This document shows, in pieces, positions 1 to 8,807 of a stretch of 64,000 bases of DNA. The notes beneath the pieces were generated by a model that did not search any database, had not been told where the DNA came from, and was given only the letters and a program-made list of their open reading frames with translations. This DNA comes from an uncultured Clostridium sp. (lineage in GTDB: Bacteria; Bacillota; Clostridia; TANB77; CAG-508): positions 4,492 to 68,491 of the forward strand of contig CAMEJH010000002.1 of assembly GCA_945919455.1 (NCBI GenBank), given 5' to 3'. Each line of letters starts with the position of its first letter. The first letter of the stretch is position 1. A program made the position numbers and the translations under genes.

Positions 1-98
1 GGATGATATTTTTTTGCTAGTGTTTTATATGCTTTTTCAATTATTTCATTTGATGCCTTTTTATCTACTTCCAGTATTTCGTAATAATTTTTTTCCAT
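1..98 (-). CDS. J-domain (DnaJ-like) protein, N-terminal 32 codons only; gene continues beyond window start
   Basis: Reverse-complement of 1-98 translates MEKNYYEILEVDKKASNEIIEKAYKTLAKKYHP, a classic J-domain opening (YYEILxV...KxAYRKLAxKYHPD). ATG at 96-98 preceded by GGAGAA RBS. Confidence 0.5.
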   Translation of the reverse strand, partial: MEKNYYEILEVDKKASNEIIEKAYKTLAKKYH

Positions 99-122
99 TC
101 TATTCTCCTTTTTTATTATCTC

Positions 123-662
123 TTATATTTCGGCTTCTATAATTTCACAGTTTTCCATTCCGTATTCATCCAAATTATTACTATCTGGTCTTCCGTACAA
201 ATATGCTTTTAAAACCTTTGCCACTCCCCCATGTGCAATAATTAATACTGTTTTGTCATTATATTTTTCTTTAATATCTTTTATACAATCTATAATTCTT
301 TTTTCAAATTCCAGTAAAGTTTCTCCACCTTTTAAGTCTATATTTAAATTATAGTCCCATATTTTCTTTTCACATTCTAGTGTTATTGGATTTCCTTCTA
401 GTTCTCCTAATTTTCTTTCCCTTAATCTCTCATCAATAATTATAGGTATATCCTCTCCTTCTATTATTATTTCTGCAGTTTCTTTAGCTCTGTTCATTGG
501 AGAACGTATTACTATATCATATTTTATATTTTCTAATCTTCTCTTTGTTTCCTTGGCTTGCTCTATTCCAGTTTCATTAAGATTTCTTTCTGTTTGTCCA
601 CCTTGCATTTTTTTAGCTAGGTTCCAATCCGTTTGACCATGTCTTACATAATAAATTTTCAT
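123..662 (-). CDS. histidine phosphatase family protein (phosphoglycerate mutase-like)
   Basis: 179 aa with N-terminal RHG catalytic motif (MKIYYVRHGQTDWN) and a later IIAHGG motif typical of the histidine phosphatase superfamily. Confidence 0.75.
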   Translation of the reverse strand: MKIYYVRHGQTDWNLAKKMQGGQTERNLNETGIEQAKETKRRLENIKYDIVIRSPMNRAKETAEIIIEGEDIPIIIDERLRERKLGELEGNPITLECEKKIWDYNLNIDLKGGETLLEFEKRIIDCIKDIKEKYNDKTVLIIAHGGVAKVLKAYLYGRPDSNNLDEYGMENCEIIEAEI

Positions 663-809
663 TTTTTCCTCCTCTCATTATTATCCATTTTGATTATACC
701 ATTTATACATTAAATTTCAATATTTTTTATTTCAAATTATTTACAATTTACTTTTTGAATGATATACTTTTCGTAAATTCATATGAGAAAAGGGAGGTGA
801 AAAAAACAA

Positions 810-1727
810 ATGAAAAAACTTTGCAAAATTTTATTTTTAACACTTATTGTTGCTTTAACAGTTTGTGTTCGCTCATATGCTACAGACACTGATACAACAG
901 TAGAAGGTGGTTCTTCTACAGATATTCCAACAGTTTCTGAGTCTACTGAGGACAATACAGACCAAGATAGTGATGATGTAACAGATCCTAGCACAGATCC
1001 TGATGGTAGTGATGTAACAGATCCAACTACAGACCCTGATGGTGATGATGTAAAAGATCCAACTACAGACCCTGATGGCGGTGATGTAACAGATCCTAGT
1101 ACAGATCCTGATGGTGGCGATATAAAAGATCCAACTACAGACCCTGACGGTGGTGATGTAAAAGATCCTAACACAGATCCTGATAATAGTAAAGATGATG
1201 ATCCTACTGGAATGTATTCAGCTCAAGATGAAAAATCTAATATAAAAATTAGTGCTCCTGCAGGAGTTGTACCAAACGGAACTACTCTTAAAGTAGAAGT
1301 TATAATAAATGGAGATACTTTTGATGCTATAGTAAAAACTCTTGGAGATGTTAAATTTACTATTTTTGACATTTCTTTATTAAATAATAATTCTGCTGTT
1401 CAACCAACTAATGGAACAGTAAAAATTAGCATTCCTATTCCAGCAGGATATGATAAAACTAATCTAATAGCATATAGATTTGCGGCAGATGGAACTAAAG
1501 AAAAGGAATATACTGTAACAGTTGAAGGAGATTATGCTGTTATTGAAGTAGATCACTTTAGTGATTATGTTTTAGCAGAAAAAACATCTACAACAGATGT
1601 CAAAAAAGATTCTACGTTAGATAAAGAACCTAAAACAGGTATAAATAACCCAGTAACATTTGTTGTTAGTATTCTCATTGTTGCTTGTTTAGGATTAGCT
1701 ATATGTATTAAAAAAATTAGTAAATAA
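810..1727 (+). CDS. secreted Asp/Thr/Pro-rich repeat surface protein with C-terminal cell-wall sorting signal (EPKTG + hydrophobic stretch + KKISK)
   Basis: N-terminal signal peptide (MKKLCKILFLTLIVALTVCVRSYA). About 7 tandem DPTTDPDGGDV repeats. C-terminus KEPKTG-INNPVTFVVSILIVACLGLAICI-KKISK has sortase-substrate architecture. GGAGG-like RBS (AGGGAGGTG) upstream. Confidence 0.7.
   Translation: MKKLCKILFLTLIVALTVCVRSYATDTDTTVEGGSSTDIPTVSESTEDNTDQDSDDVTDPSTDPDGSDVTDPTTDPDGDDVKDPTTDPDGGDVTDPSTDPDGGDIKDPTTDPDGGDVKDPNTDPDNSKDDDPTGMYSAQDEKSNIKISAPAGVVPNGTTLKVEVIINGDTFDAIVKTLGDVKFTIFDISLLNNNSAVQPTNGTVKISIPIPAGYDKTNLIAYRFAADGTKEKEYTVTVEGDYAVIEVDHFSDYVLAEKTSTTDVKKDSTLDKEPKTGINNPVTFVVSILIVACLGLAICIKKISK
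979..1190 (+). repeat. tandem ~33-bp coding repeats (about 7 copies) encoding DPTTDPDGGDV(T/K)
   Basis: The repeated nucleotide unit gatgtaacagatcc(a/t)a(c/g)tacagaccctgatgg(t/c)g(g/a)t is directly visible. Coordinates approximate. Confidence 0.6.
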
Positions 1728-1732
1728 TGAAT

Positions 1733-1753
1733 AAGGGAAGTTTTACTTCCCTT
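1733..1753 (+). terminator. short hairpin (9-bp stem AAGGGAAGT/ACTTCCCTT, 3-nt loop) between substrate gene and sortase gene; weak terminator or attenuator
   Basis: Perfect inverted repeat seen directly. Not followed by a strong T-run, and the sortase RBS starts 5 nt later. Confidence 0.35.
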
Positions 1754-1770
1754 TAATATTAAGGAGTAGT

Positions 1771-2592
1771 ATGAAACGATATAGAAAAAAATACTTAAAT
1801 AAGAGAAGACAGCGAAAACATATGATTGTTGTAATGGCTGAGTATTTCATTTTAGTTATTTTAGTTTGTATTTTTTATCTTTGTTACACTGCATTTGAAG
1901 CAAAGAAAAATCAATCTTTATATAATGAAAATAAACCGAATTCTATAGTTTCAAAAAATAATTTTTCTACTGAAACTACAGAAAATAAATTTAAAGAATT
2001 GTATTTAGCAGCAAAGCAAGAAAACCAAGAAGTTATAGGTTGGCTTAGTGTTGACAATACTGATATTAGTTATCCTCTTTTACAAACTATGGATAACAGT
2101 TATTATCTTACTCATAATTATAAAAATGAAACTTCGCAATATGGTTCAATTTTCTTACATAAGAATTCTTCGCTGACTAATGAATTTTCAAATCTCGTAA
2201 TTTATGGGCATAATATGAATGATGGTTCTCAAATGTTTAGTCCTTTATTAAATTATAAAGATGAAAATTTTTATAAGGAACACAAAACTGTAAGAATTAC
2301 TACTGATAGTAAGGAATATATTTATACTATATTTTCTGTTTTTAAGTCAAAAGTTTATGATAATGATGATACTAATGTTTTTAGATACTATTCTTATATA
2401 GATCTGACTTCTAAAGATAAATTTACTGAATATATTTCTAATTGCAAAAAGTATCAATTGTATAACACAAATGTTTCTGCAGTTTATGGAAATCAAATTA
2501 TTAGCTTAGTTACTTGCGAATATTCTCAAGAAAATGGAAGATTAGTAGTTGTTGGAAAAAAATTGAAAACATTATCATTAACAAATAATTAA
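1771..2592 (+). CDS. srtB: class B sortase (SrtB family)
   Basis: N-terminal TM anchor and an SrtB-like YPLLQ...NSYYLTHN segment. Catalytic Cys in LVTCEYS (TLxTC-like) and conserved His in YGHNM. Sits immediately downstream of the sorting-signal protein. AAGGAG RBS. Confidence 0.75.
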   Translation: MKRYRKKYLNKRRQRKHMIVVMAEYFILVILVCIFYLCYTAFEAKKNQSLYNENKPNSIVSKNNFSTETTENKFKELYLAAKQENQEVIGWLSVDNTDISYPLLQTMDNSYYLTHNYKNETSQYGSIFLHKNSSLTNEFSNLVIYGHNMNDGSQMFSPLLNYKDENFYKEHKTVRITTDSKEYIYTIFSVFKSKVYDNDDTNVFRYYSYIDLTSKDKFTEYISNCKKYQLYNTNVSAVYGNQIISLVTCEYSQENGRLVVVGKKLKTLSLTNN

Positions 2593-2596
2593 AAAA

Positions 2597-2641
2597 CAAA
2601 GTAAGTTTTATATTATTAAATAAACTTTACTTTGTTTTTTG
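2597..2641. terminator. bidirectional rho-independent terminator between convergent sortase and phosphoesterase genes
   Basis: Inverted repeat ACAAAGTAAGTTT...AAACTTTACTTTGT followed by a TTTTTTG run. Lies downstream of both convergent stop codons. Confidence 0.55.
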
Positions 2642-2642
2642 T

Positions 2643-3179
2643 TTATATATTTTTTTCTTGTATAATATTGCCATCTACATCTTTTAAAATTATCGCATTG
2701 GAATCAAATATGATATAACTATGTTCTGTATTATTTTTAGGCAAAGATATTGAACCCGGATTTGCAAATATTATTCCATTTTTTTCTTCTATAAATCCTG
2801 TATGAAAATGTCCATAAAACATTATCTGCACTTCTTTATTAGGTATATTATTCATATTGTAAATATGTCCATGTGTAAAAAAGACATGTTTATTATTTAT
2901 TTGTTCTTCAATATTTTGTTCTATTTTAAAGTCTGATATCATTTCATCTACTTCTGCATCACAGTTTCCTCTTACAGCTCTTATTTTATCTTTTAAATCA
3001 TTAAGTATTCCTGCTACTTTCATTGGATCATATTGTTCTGTTAAACCGTTTCTAGGTCCATGATAGTATAAATCACCTAATAAAATTATTTGATCTGGTT
3101 TCTCTCTTTTATTTATTTCTTCTATTTTTTTAGCATAATAATTTGAACCATGTATGTCTGATATTATTAATAATTTCAT
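2643..3179 (-). CDS. YfcE/MJ0936-type metallophosphoesterase (phosphodiesterase)
   Basis: 178 aa with ISDIHG, GD and GHFH metal-binding motifs of the calcineurin-like phosphoesterase_2 family. Confidence 0.7.
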   Translation of the reverse strand: MKLLIISDIHGSNYYAKKIEEINKREKPDQIILLGDLYYHGPRNGLTEQYDPMKVAGILNDLKDKIRAVRGNCDAEVDEMISDFKIEQNIEEQINNKHVFFTHGHIYNMNNIPNKEVQIMFYGHFHTGFIEEKNGIIFANPGSISLPKNNTEHSYIIFDSNAIILKDVDGNIIQEKNI

Positions 3180-3205
3180 ATACTCCTCCTTGCAAACATC
3201 ATAAT

Positions 3206-3754
3206 CTAATTTTTTAAAGAACTTTTTTCAGATTCACTTTTTAGTAGTTCTAATGCTTTTTTATATTCTTCTTCTCCAAATTCTATTGTTTTTACAATTT
3301 CATCATTGTTTTTCATTTGTATAAATTCATCTATTGTTACCCATTTTGCCTCAGTTGATTCTCCATCTGTAAATTTTATGTCTTGTATATCTATGTCTTT
3401 TTTAAATAACCAAAATTCCTTAAAGTCTGGTGGAGTTTTGTCTCTTCTTATGTCTTTTAGGAAAATTGCTTCTTTTTCTAAAAGTTCTATTCCTAATTCT
3501 TCTTTAATTTCTCTTATTATTCCCTGTACACTTGTTTCTCCAGCTAGTACAGAACCTCCATTGCATTCCCATTTTAATGGATGAGTTTTTTTACTTCCCG
3601 CCCTTTTGCTTATTAATATTTTATTTTCTGAGTTTATTATTATTGCAGTTACAACTATGTGATATTCTCCTTTTTTAAACTTGTATTCCCCTCTTTGAGC
3701 TAATTTTCCTATTTTTTGTTTATTTATATCATATATGTCCCAAAGTTCTGCCAT
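3206..3754 (-). CDS. Nudix hydrolase (182 aa) with its own RBS and promoter inside the longer ORF
   Basis: ATG at 3754 preceded by CAGGAGGT RBS. Nudix box GETSVQGIIREIKEELGIE. About 70% identical over the N-terminus to the paralogue at 16331-17188. The conserved TGnTATAAT motif lies ~45 nt upstream. Confidence 0.6.
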   Translation of the reverse strand: MAELWDIYDINKQKIGKLAQRGEYKFKKGEYHIVVTAIIINSENKILISKRAGSKKTHPLKWECNGGSVLAGETSVQGIIREIKEELGIELLEKEAIFLKDIRRDKTPPDFKEFWLFKKDIDIQDIKFTDGESTEAKWVTIDEFIQMKNNDEIVKTIEFGEEEYKKALELLKSESEKSSLKN

Positions 3755-5269
3755 TTTTACCTCCTGTTTTTCTTGTTTTTCGTTATTGTTTTCCACAATT
3801 ATATCACTTGTTGTGGATTTATCAATAATTTTTACAGCACTTACATCTATTTCATTTTGGCGATATGATGTTATTTTAAATTCAGATTTTTTATCAAATT
3901 TTATTATTAATGATTTTGTGTAGTTGTCTTTATTTGGTTTGTTATATTCTTTTATTGTCATACTTGCATTATATTTTCTTAATGTATCAAAAGTATTCAT
4001 GAACCCCATACCTGTTCCGCCTTCTTCTGCATGTGTTGTACTAGGCTTATTTCCTAAATTTGATAATGTTTCTTTCTCAAATTCTATTCCTGAGTCATAT
4101 ATGTATAAACTGTAAATTTTGTCCATCTTTCCTAATTTTACTAGTATACTTTTGTTTACATTGTCTGAATGATTAATTGCTATTATTGCATTTTTTATAT
4201 GGTCTGCTAATAGTATTTCTAAGTCTTCTTTATTTATTATGTTGTTTACCATATGATGTATGTTTCCTTTTATTTGTACATTGAAGTCTATGTTACTTTT
4301 ATTACATTCTGATTGCATGTATTTTAACATATCGTCTATTTCTTCTACTTCTGTTTTAGTTAGTTCTACTGTTGCGGTTTTATTGTATAGTTCTTTTGAT
4401 ATATTATTTAATCTATCTTTTATATCTGTTGCTTCTGATATTTCACTTTTTAACATTAGTTCATTTATTTTGTATTCTAATGATCTTTGCTTATGTGCTA
4501 GTGTATGGCTTTTCTTGCTAAAACTTAAGTTTTCTTTCTCTAGTTGCTCTACTTCTTGTTTTTTCTTTTTTAGTTCTTCTTTTGTTTCGTTTAGATCTTG
4601 TATTAATAGTTTTTGTTTATAGTATAATTGTAGTGATTTTTGGATTGTGATGAACATGATAAATGCAAAAATTATTAATCCTACAGTTGTATTTCTTGCT
4701 AATTGTATATTGGCGTTAACAAATATTATAGCTAAAAATAATATAATTATACTAATATTAAGAATTAGCAACTCTATATAATCATTTTTCTCATAATTTT
4801 GTAAGAAAGATATGCCATATTTTAACTTTTTCATTTTTAGTATTCTTGTTAATATTATTATATGTACTAATGATATTAGTATGGAGTTTAATATATCGCT
4901 TTTAACATTTATAATCCTATTTATAATAAATATTACTATTGCAGCTATAAAAAATATTACATAGTTAAAAGCTAATGAAATTACAGTAATAATAATAGAA
5001 TTTCCCCTTTTATTGTTAGAAGTAATAGTAGAAACACAACTTAAAATAAGACCTAAAGCTATTAATCCAATCCAAAAGTTCGTTTTACTCTTTATAAAAA
5101 CTATTATTATTGGCATTATAAATAGAAGTATATATGCTATTATTTTCTTCATACTAAAAATTTCTTTATCATTTATTATTTTGATGAATGTAAAATAAGT
5201 ACAATAAATAATAGTAAAAGTTTTTATTAAGTTTACTTGTATCATTGTATCATTAAAATTAATTATCAT
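3206..5269 (-). CDS. continuous ORF: polytopic membrane domain + AgrC/LytS-like GHKL histidine kinase ATPase read in-frame (no stop) into a C-terminal Nudix hydrolase
   Basis: N-terminal ~200 aa strongly hydrophobic with multiple TM helices. SHTLAHKQRSL H-box-like segment and G-box-like TTHAEEGGTGMGF. A ~45-aa linker is translated from promoter-like DNA (SDIIVENNNEKQEKQEVK), followed by a Nudix box. See the separate Nudix feature for the internal start. Confidence 0.5.
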   Translation of the reverse strand: MIINFNDTMIQVNLIKTFTIIYCTYFTFIKIINDKEIFSMKKIIAYILLFIMPIIIVFIKSKTNFWIGLIALGLILSCVSTITSNNKRGNSIIITVISLAFNYVIFFIAAIVIFIINRIINVKSDILNSILISLVHIIILTRILKMKKLKYGISFLQNYEKNDYIELLILNISIIILFLAIIFVNANIQLARNTTVGLIIFAFIMFITIQKSLQLYYKQKLLIQDLNETKEELKKKKQEVEQLEKENLSFSKKSHTLAHKQRSLEYKINELMLKSEISEATDIKDRLNNISKELYNKTATVELTKTEVEEIDDMLKYMQSECNKSNIDFNVQIKGNIHHMVNNIINKEDLEILLADHIKNAIIAINHSDNVNKSILVKLGKMDKIYSLYIYDSGIEFEKETLSNLGNKPSTTHAEEGGTGMGFMNTFDTLRKYNASMTIKEYNKPNKDNYTKSLIIKFDKKSEFKITSYRQNEIDVSAVKIIDKSTTSDIIVENNNEKQEKQEVKMAELWDIYDINKQKIGKLAQRGEYKFKKGEYHIVVTAIIINSENKILISKRAGSKKTHPLKWECNGGSVLAGETSVQGIIREIKEELGIELLEKEAIFLKDIRRDKTPPDFKEFWLFKKDIDIQDIKFTDGESTEAKWVTIDEFIQMKNNDEIVKTIEFGEEEYKKALELLKSESEKSSLKN
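3786..3818 (-). promoter_or_regulatory. copy 1 of conserved extended -10 promoter/operator motif AGTGATATAATTGTGGAAA, flanked by CCACAA/TTGTGG palindrome arms
   Basis: Identical 19-mer at 3790-3808, 17704-17722 and 19262-19280, each 30-45 nt upstream of a minus-strand start codon. Confidence 0.5.
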
Positions 5270-5778
5270 ATAAACACATAAGCTACCTTTCTAATTTTTG
5301 ATTTATTATATAACAAAATAAAAATATAAGCAATATAAGTTTTACCTTATATTGCTTTAAATTATACTATCCCATCCACTTTTGTAGCCAAAGTACTAAT
5401 TCATCAAACCAATCCATACTCTCCACCACCTTTTTTCTTTTGTTCAGGTTATCCTGATACTAAAAAAATATCATTTATGCATGTTACTATAGGCGGTATA
5501 AGGTAATAGAAAATACTAGCAAAAAATAAAAAAATATAGTATTTTTATAAATAAAAAAAAAGCACTATAACGAATAAGTCACAGTGCTTCTAAATTGATT
5601 ATAATATGGGAGTTATGAATACCCAATAAGATAAAACTAGTCAATGTTCATAAAATTTTATGAATTTTTCTTTTGTTAATTTTATCTTATTGTTATTATA
5701 TAGTCCATCTTTTTTAATTATATAGTATATTATAATAGGAAAAAATAGAAAAACGTTAAAAAATCTAGTATTTTCATA

Positions 5779-6567
5779 CTAGATCATTTTCTTTATTTTA
5801 TCTTTATAATAATAAATAAATTCCATTGGTGTAGGTATTCCAGTTTCATAGTTTATTCTTGCTGTATAATGTGTTGTTAAATCTTCTATTGGTGACACTC
5901 TCCATGCATGTATTATTGCATTTTGAATACCATTAGTAATAGTATTACCAGACTTTTTATACAGTTTCGTTAAATGCTGAATAACATTTGTATTATTGTC
6001 TTCATTTTGAATTAAATATAAAATTGCATCATGTATATATTGCCTTCCTTTTAGTTTTGCAGTCACTCCAATCAAGTCTAACTCATTATAAATACAGTCC
6101 GATATTTTACTTTCATTATCTTCAATCGTTTCTTCTATAGAACTTGTGCTTTTGCAAGAAGCTACTTGTCTTAAATTAATAAAATTGTTTAGCACATGGT
6201 CGCAAGAATATTTAGGATGATCTTTATAAAGTATTAAATCTACTCCATTTCTATGAAGTATATCATATGTTCTCTTTGAATTTACATGCGTTGTTACTAT
6301 TACTATCGGTTCATATTTTAAATTTAGTTTTTTCATGTTTGATAAAAATTCTAATGAATCTGTGTTGCCACTTGTGCTATTGTTTAATTCCAAATCTAAT
6401 ATAATTCCTTCTGGGTTTTTAGTTTTTACATATTTTAGACCATCAATATCTGAATCTGTTATTGCAACTATTTCTATATCATTTCTCTTTTTAGCGCAAT
6501 TTATAAAATTATTACAATCATTAATATCATCCTCTATAATTAAAATTTTCATAGGCTTGGAATCCAT
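5779..6567 (-). CDS. Spo0A-like response regulator (receiver domain + Spo0A_C-like DNA-binding domain), divergent paralogue
   Basis: Receiver-like N-terminus (MKILIIEDD..., ILDLELNN). C-terminus IQNAIIHAWRVS...IPTPMEFIYYYKDKI parallels Spo0A HAIEVAWSRG...KPTNSEFIAMVADKL. Length (262 aa) is similar to Spo0A. Confidence 0.55.
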   Translation of the reverse strand: MDSKPMKILIIEDDINDCNNFINCAKKRNDIEIVAITDSDIDGLKYVKTKNPEGIILDLELNNSTSGNTDSLEFLSNMKKLNLKYEPIVIVTTHVNSKRTYDILHRNGVDLILYKDHPKYSCDHVLNNFINLRQVASCKSTSSIEETIEDNESKISDCIYNELDLIGVTAKLKGRQYIHDAILYLIQNEDNNTNVIQHLTKLYKKSGNTITNGIQNAIIHAWRVSPIEDLTTHYTARINYETGIPTPMEFIYYYKDKIKKMI

Positions 6568-6707
6568 ATTTCTCCTCCTTTTGGCTCTTATCGCTCATAA
6601 TATACCATAAATCATCATATAATACCACATTAATGTAGAATATTTTTCTATACGTGCACTATAATTATACTTTAAAATTAATTAAAAATAGTTAGGAGCA
6701 TTGTACT

Positions 6708-7064
6708 ATGAAAAAAAAATTTAATAATGATTCAGAAAAAGCAGATAAAATTGCTAGAGGCAAGAGAGTTAAAGAAATTAGAGAAAATGAATTAAAAATG
6801 AATAAAACTCAGCTTGGGAAAGAAATTGGAGTTTCAAGTCAGTTTTTAGGTTTGGTCGAAGAAGGTAAAGGTAATTTAGTATATAGTAGTATAAAAAAAT
6901 TAAGAGATTTAAGTGGACATTCAGCAGATTATATTCTGTTTGGTCTTGATGATAGTGTTATTAAAGAAACCAAAAAGTATTTAGATAATTTTTCTGATAA
7001 TGATATAATTAGTGCTTTAGAAATTATTAAAGAATTATGCTTTATTATTCGTAAAAATCAGTAA
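6708..7064 (+). CDS. XRE-family helix-turn-helix transcriptional regulator
   Basis: KTQLGKEIGVSSQFLGLVEEGKGN matches the HTH_3 pattern. Confidence 0.65.
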   Translation: MKKKFNNDSEKADKIARGKRVKEIRENELKMNKTQLGKEIGVSSQFLGLVEEGKGNLVYSSIKKLRDLSGHSADYILFGLDDSVIKETKKYLDNFSDNDIISALEIIKELCFIIRKNQ

Positions 7065-7150
7065 TTTACTTCTATTTTTATAATTACTTAAAAAATGAAT
7101 CATCATTATTATATAACATTTAATAATGGTGATTCATTTAATAATTTTTA

Positions 7151-7927
7151 CTATTCATTTACACATTTTTCTGAACATATAATTTCTTCCATTTTTGAAT
7201 ATACAGTATTATAAATTTCTTCTTCTGGTACTATATCTATTAGTCTAACACTTCCATATAGTGATATATGTTTTGCAATTTCTTTATATATCGAACTTTT
7301 TACTTGATCTTCGTATTTTTCACAAATTGCTTTTTCTGCTTTTAAAGCACCTAAAACAATATGTTTTTCACTTGAATTAGAACGCCAAGTTAACTCTCTA
7401 AATCGTATTGGATTTTCAATAACAAATTTTGTTAATTCATATTTGTCTTCTAATCTTTCATCTACAGAAAGTTCTACTCTAAAAAAGCATCTTGCCATTA
7501 CATTGAAAAAAATTCCTCTTCTTTTTCCTTGATTGAATAGCCAGTGGTCTCCAAATGTAGAATCTGATTTTATAGGCATTGCTTGTAAAGCTGCTTTATA
7601 TCCAATTGTGAAATTAAACCAAGCCCAAAATCTTTCATCTGTTAATATATATCTAGGTAAATCTTTTAATGCTTCATATATAATAATTGAATTTTGGTAA
7701 TCAACTTCTGAATAATCTCCACTTTCACTTGTTAATAATTGGATTTCTGGAATTTTATACTTTTTTTCTTCATATATTTTTCCACTATAAATTTCTTTTA
7801 TCCAGTCTGAAGTTTCTGCTTTTTCTTTTATTTTTTCTGTTGCAAATTTTGAATTTTTTCTTAGAGTTTCTATTGCTTCATCTGTCATAAAACAAATATT
7901 AATCTTGTTCATCTTCATTACCTCCAA
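7151..7927 (-). CDS. hypothetical protein, last gene of the 5-gene operon
   Basis: 258-aa ORF overlapping the upstream gene by 29 nt. No recognisable motif. Confidence 0.5.
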   Translation of the reverse strand: MEVMKMNKINICFMTDEAIETLRKNSKFATEKIKEKAETSDWIKEIYSGKIYEEKKYKIPEIQLLTSESGDYSEVDYQNSIIIYEALKDLPRYILTDERFWAWFNFTIGYKAALQAMPIKSDSTFGDHWLFNQGKRRGIFFNVMARCFFRVELSVDERLEDKYELTKFVIENPIRFRELTWRSNSSEKHIVLGALKAEKAICEKYEDQVKSSIYKEIAKHISLYGSVRLIDIVPEEEIYNTVYSKMEEIICSEKCVNE

Positions 7928-8807
7928 TCATTATGTTTCCAAATGTTATTTTCATTAAGTCTTCAATTGCATTAACTGTACCATTGTTTAGTAATTCTTG
8001 TGCAAGTTCTGCAGAATCTATTTCATAGAACTTGTCTTCTGTAAGTTCATATCCGTATTTTTTCTGAAATCCATTTTTTACTGATCTAAACCATCTATAA
8101 TTTAGTTCTATTTCATCAAAATCATATTGCTCATTTTTTATTTTTTCCAGTGCTTCTATAAGTATTGGAATCGCTAGCATAGAGAAGAATATATTTTGAT
8201 AGTTATTATTCTTTTTCATGTTATCATACATGTTAAATTGTTTTTCAGGTAAATATGCTATAATTTTGTCCCCAATTTCAACTCTCATATTCTTTTTGTC
8301 TGTTTCAGTATCTTTTATAATTAAAAATATTGAAGATACTTTTTTATCTGATGTTTCATCATAATCTATTACTATTGTGCTTCCATTATCTATAGCTATA
8401 ATATCATATTTTTCAATATAAAAATTATAATCTTCGTAATCTTCTAAGAAGTCATTGTTTCTATAATTTTCGATATCTTGTGTTGCATATATAAAACTTG
8501 ATATTACTACTCTATCACTTAAATCTGATATTAATATTTTAATATCTTCTGGTTCTAAACCAATATTATATGTTTTTCTAAATACTGATTTTGAACATTC
8601 TACAATTACACAGGCCTTTGCTTTTCCTTCTTTTATTAAGTTGATTATAGCTTCATTATTTATTTCAATATGAGCATCTTTTAAAACCAAATATTCATCT
8701 TCTTGTACCTGTTCATATTCAAGTGAATATGTTGTGTCTTTATAACAACTATCTAATCTTGAATTGTTGATTGTTGGATATGGAAATAATTTATTCTTTA
8801 TTTGCAT
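7899..8807 (-). CDS. hypothetical acidic protein, 4th gene of the 5-gene operon
   Basis: 302-aa ORF overlapping the upstream GHKL gene by 17 nt. No recognisable motif. Confidence 0.5.
   Translation of the reverse strand: MQIKNKLFPYPTINNSRLDSCYKDTTYSLEYEQVQEDEYLVLKDAHIEINNEAIINLIKEGKAKACVIVECSKSVFRKTYNIGLEPEDIKILISDLSDRVVISSFIYATQDIENYRNNDFLEDYEDYNFYIEKYDIIAIDNGSTIVIDYDETSDKKVSSIFLIIKDTETDKKNMRVEIGDKIIAYLPEKQFNMYDNMKKNNNYQNIFFSMLAIPILIEALEKIKNEQYDFDEIELNYRWFRSVKNGFQKKYGYELTEDKFYEIDSAELAQELLNNGTVNAIEDLMKITFGNIMIGGNEDEQD

Noticed and set aside
779-1174. 131-aa minus-strand ORF rich in SPPSGSV repeats
   Set aside because: It is the antisense reading of the tandem DPTTDPDGGDV coding repeats of the plus-strand surface-protein gene. 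It has no RBS and is a low-complexity mirror artefact.
3306-5198. Several plus-strand ORFs (3306-3584, 3735-3923, 3924-4115, 4260-4622, 5013-5198)
   Set aside because: All lie entirely inside the minus-strand kinase/Nudix ORF, are Ser/Phe/Leu-rich antisense products of AT-rich coding DNA, and lack RBSs.
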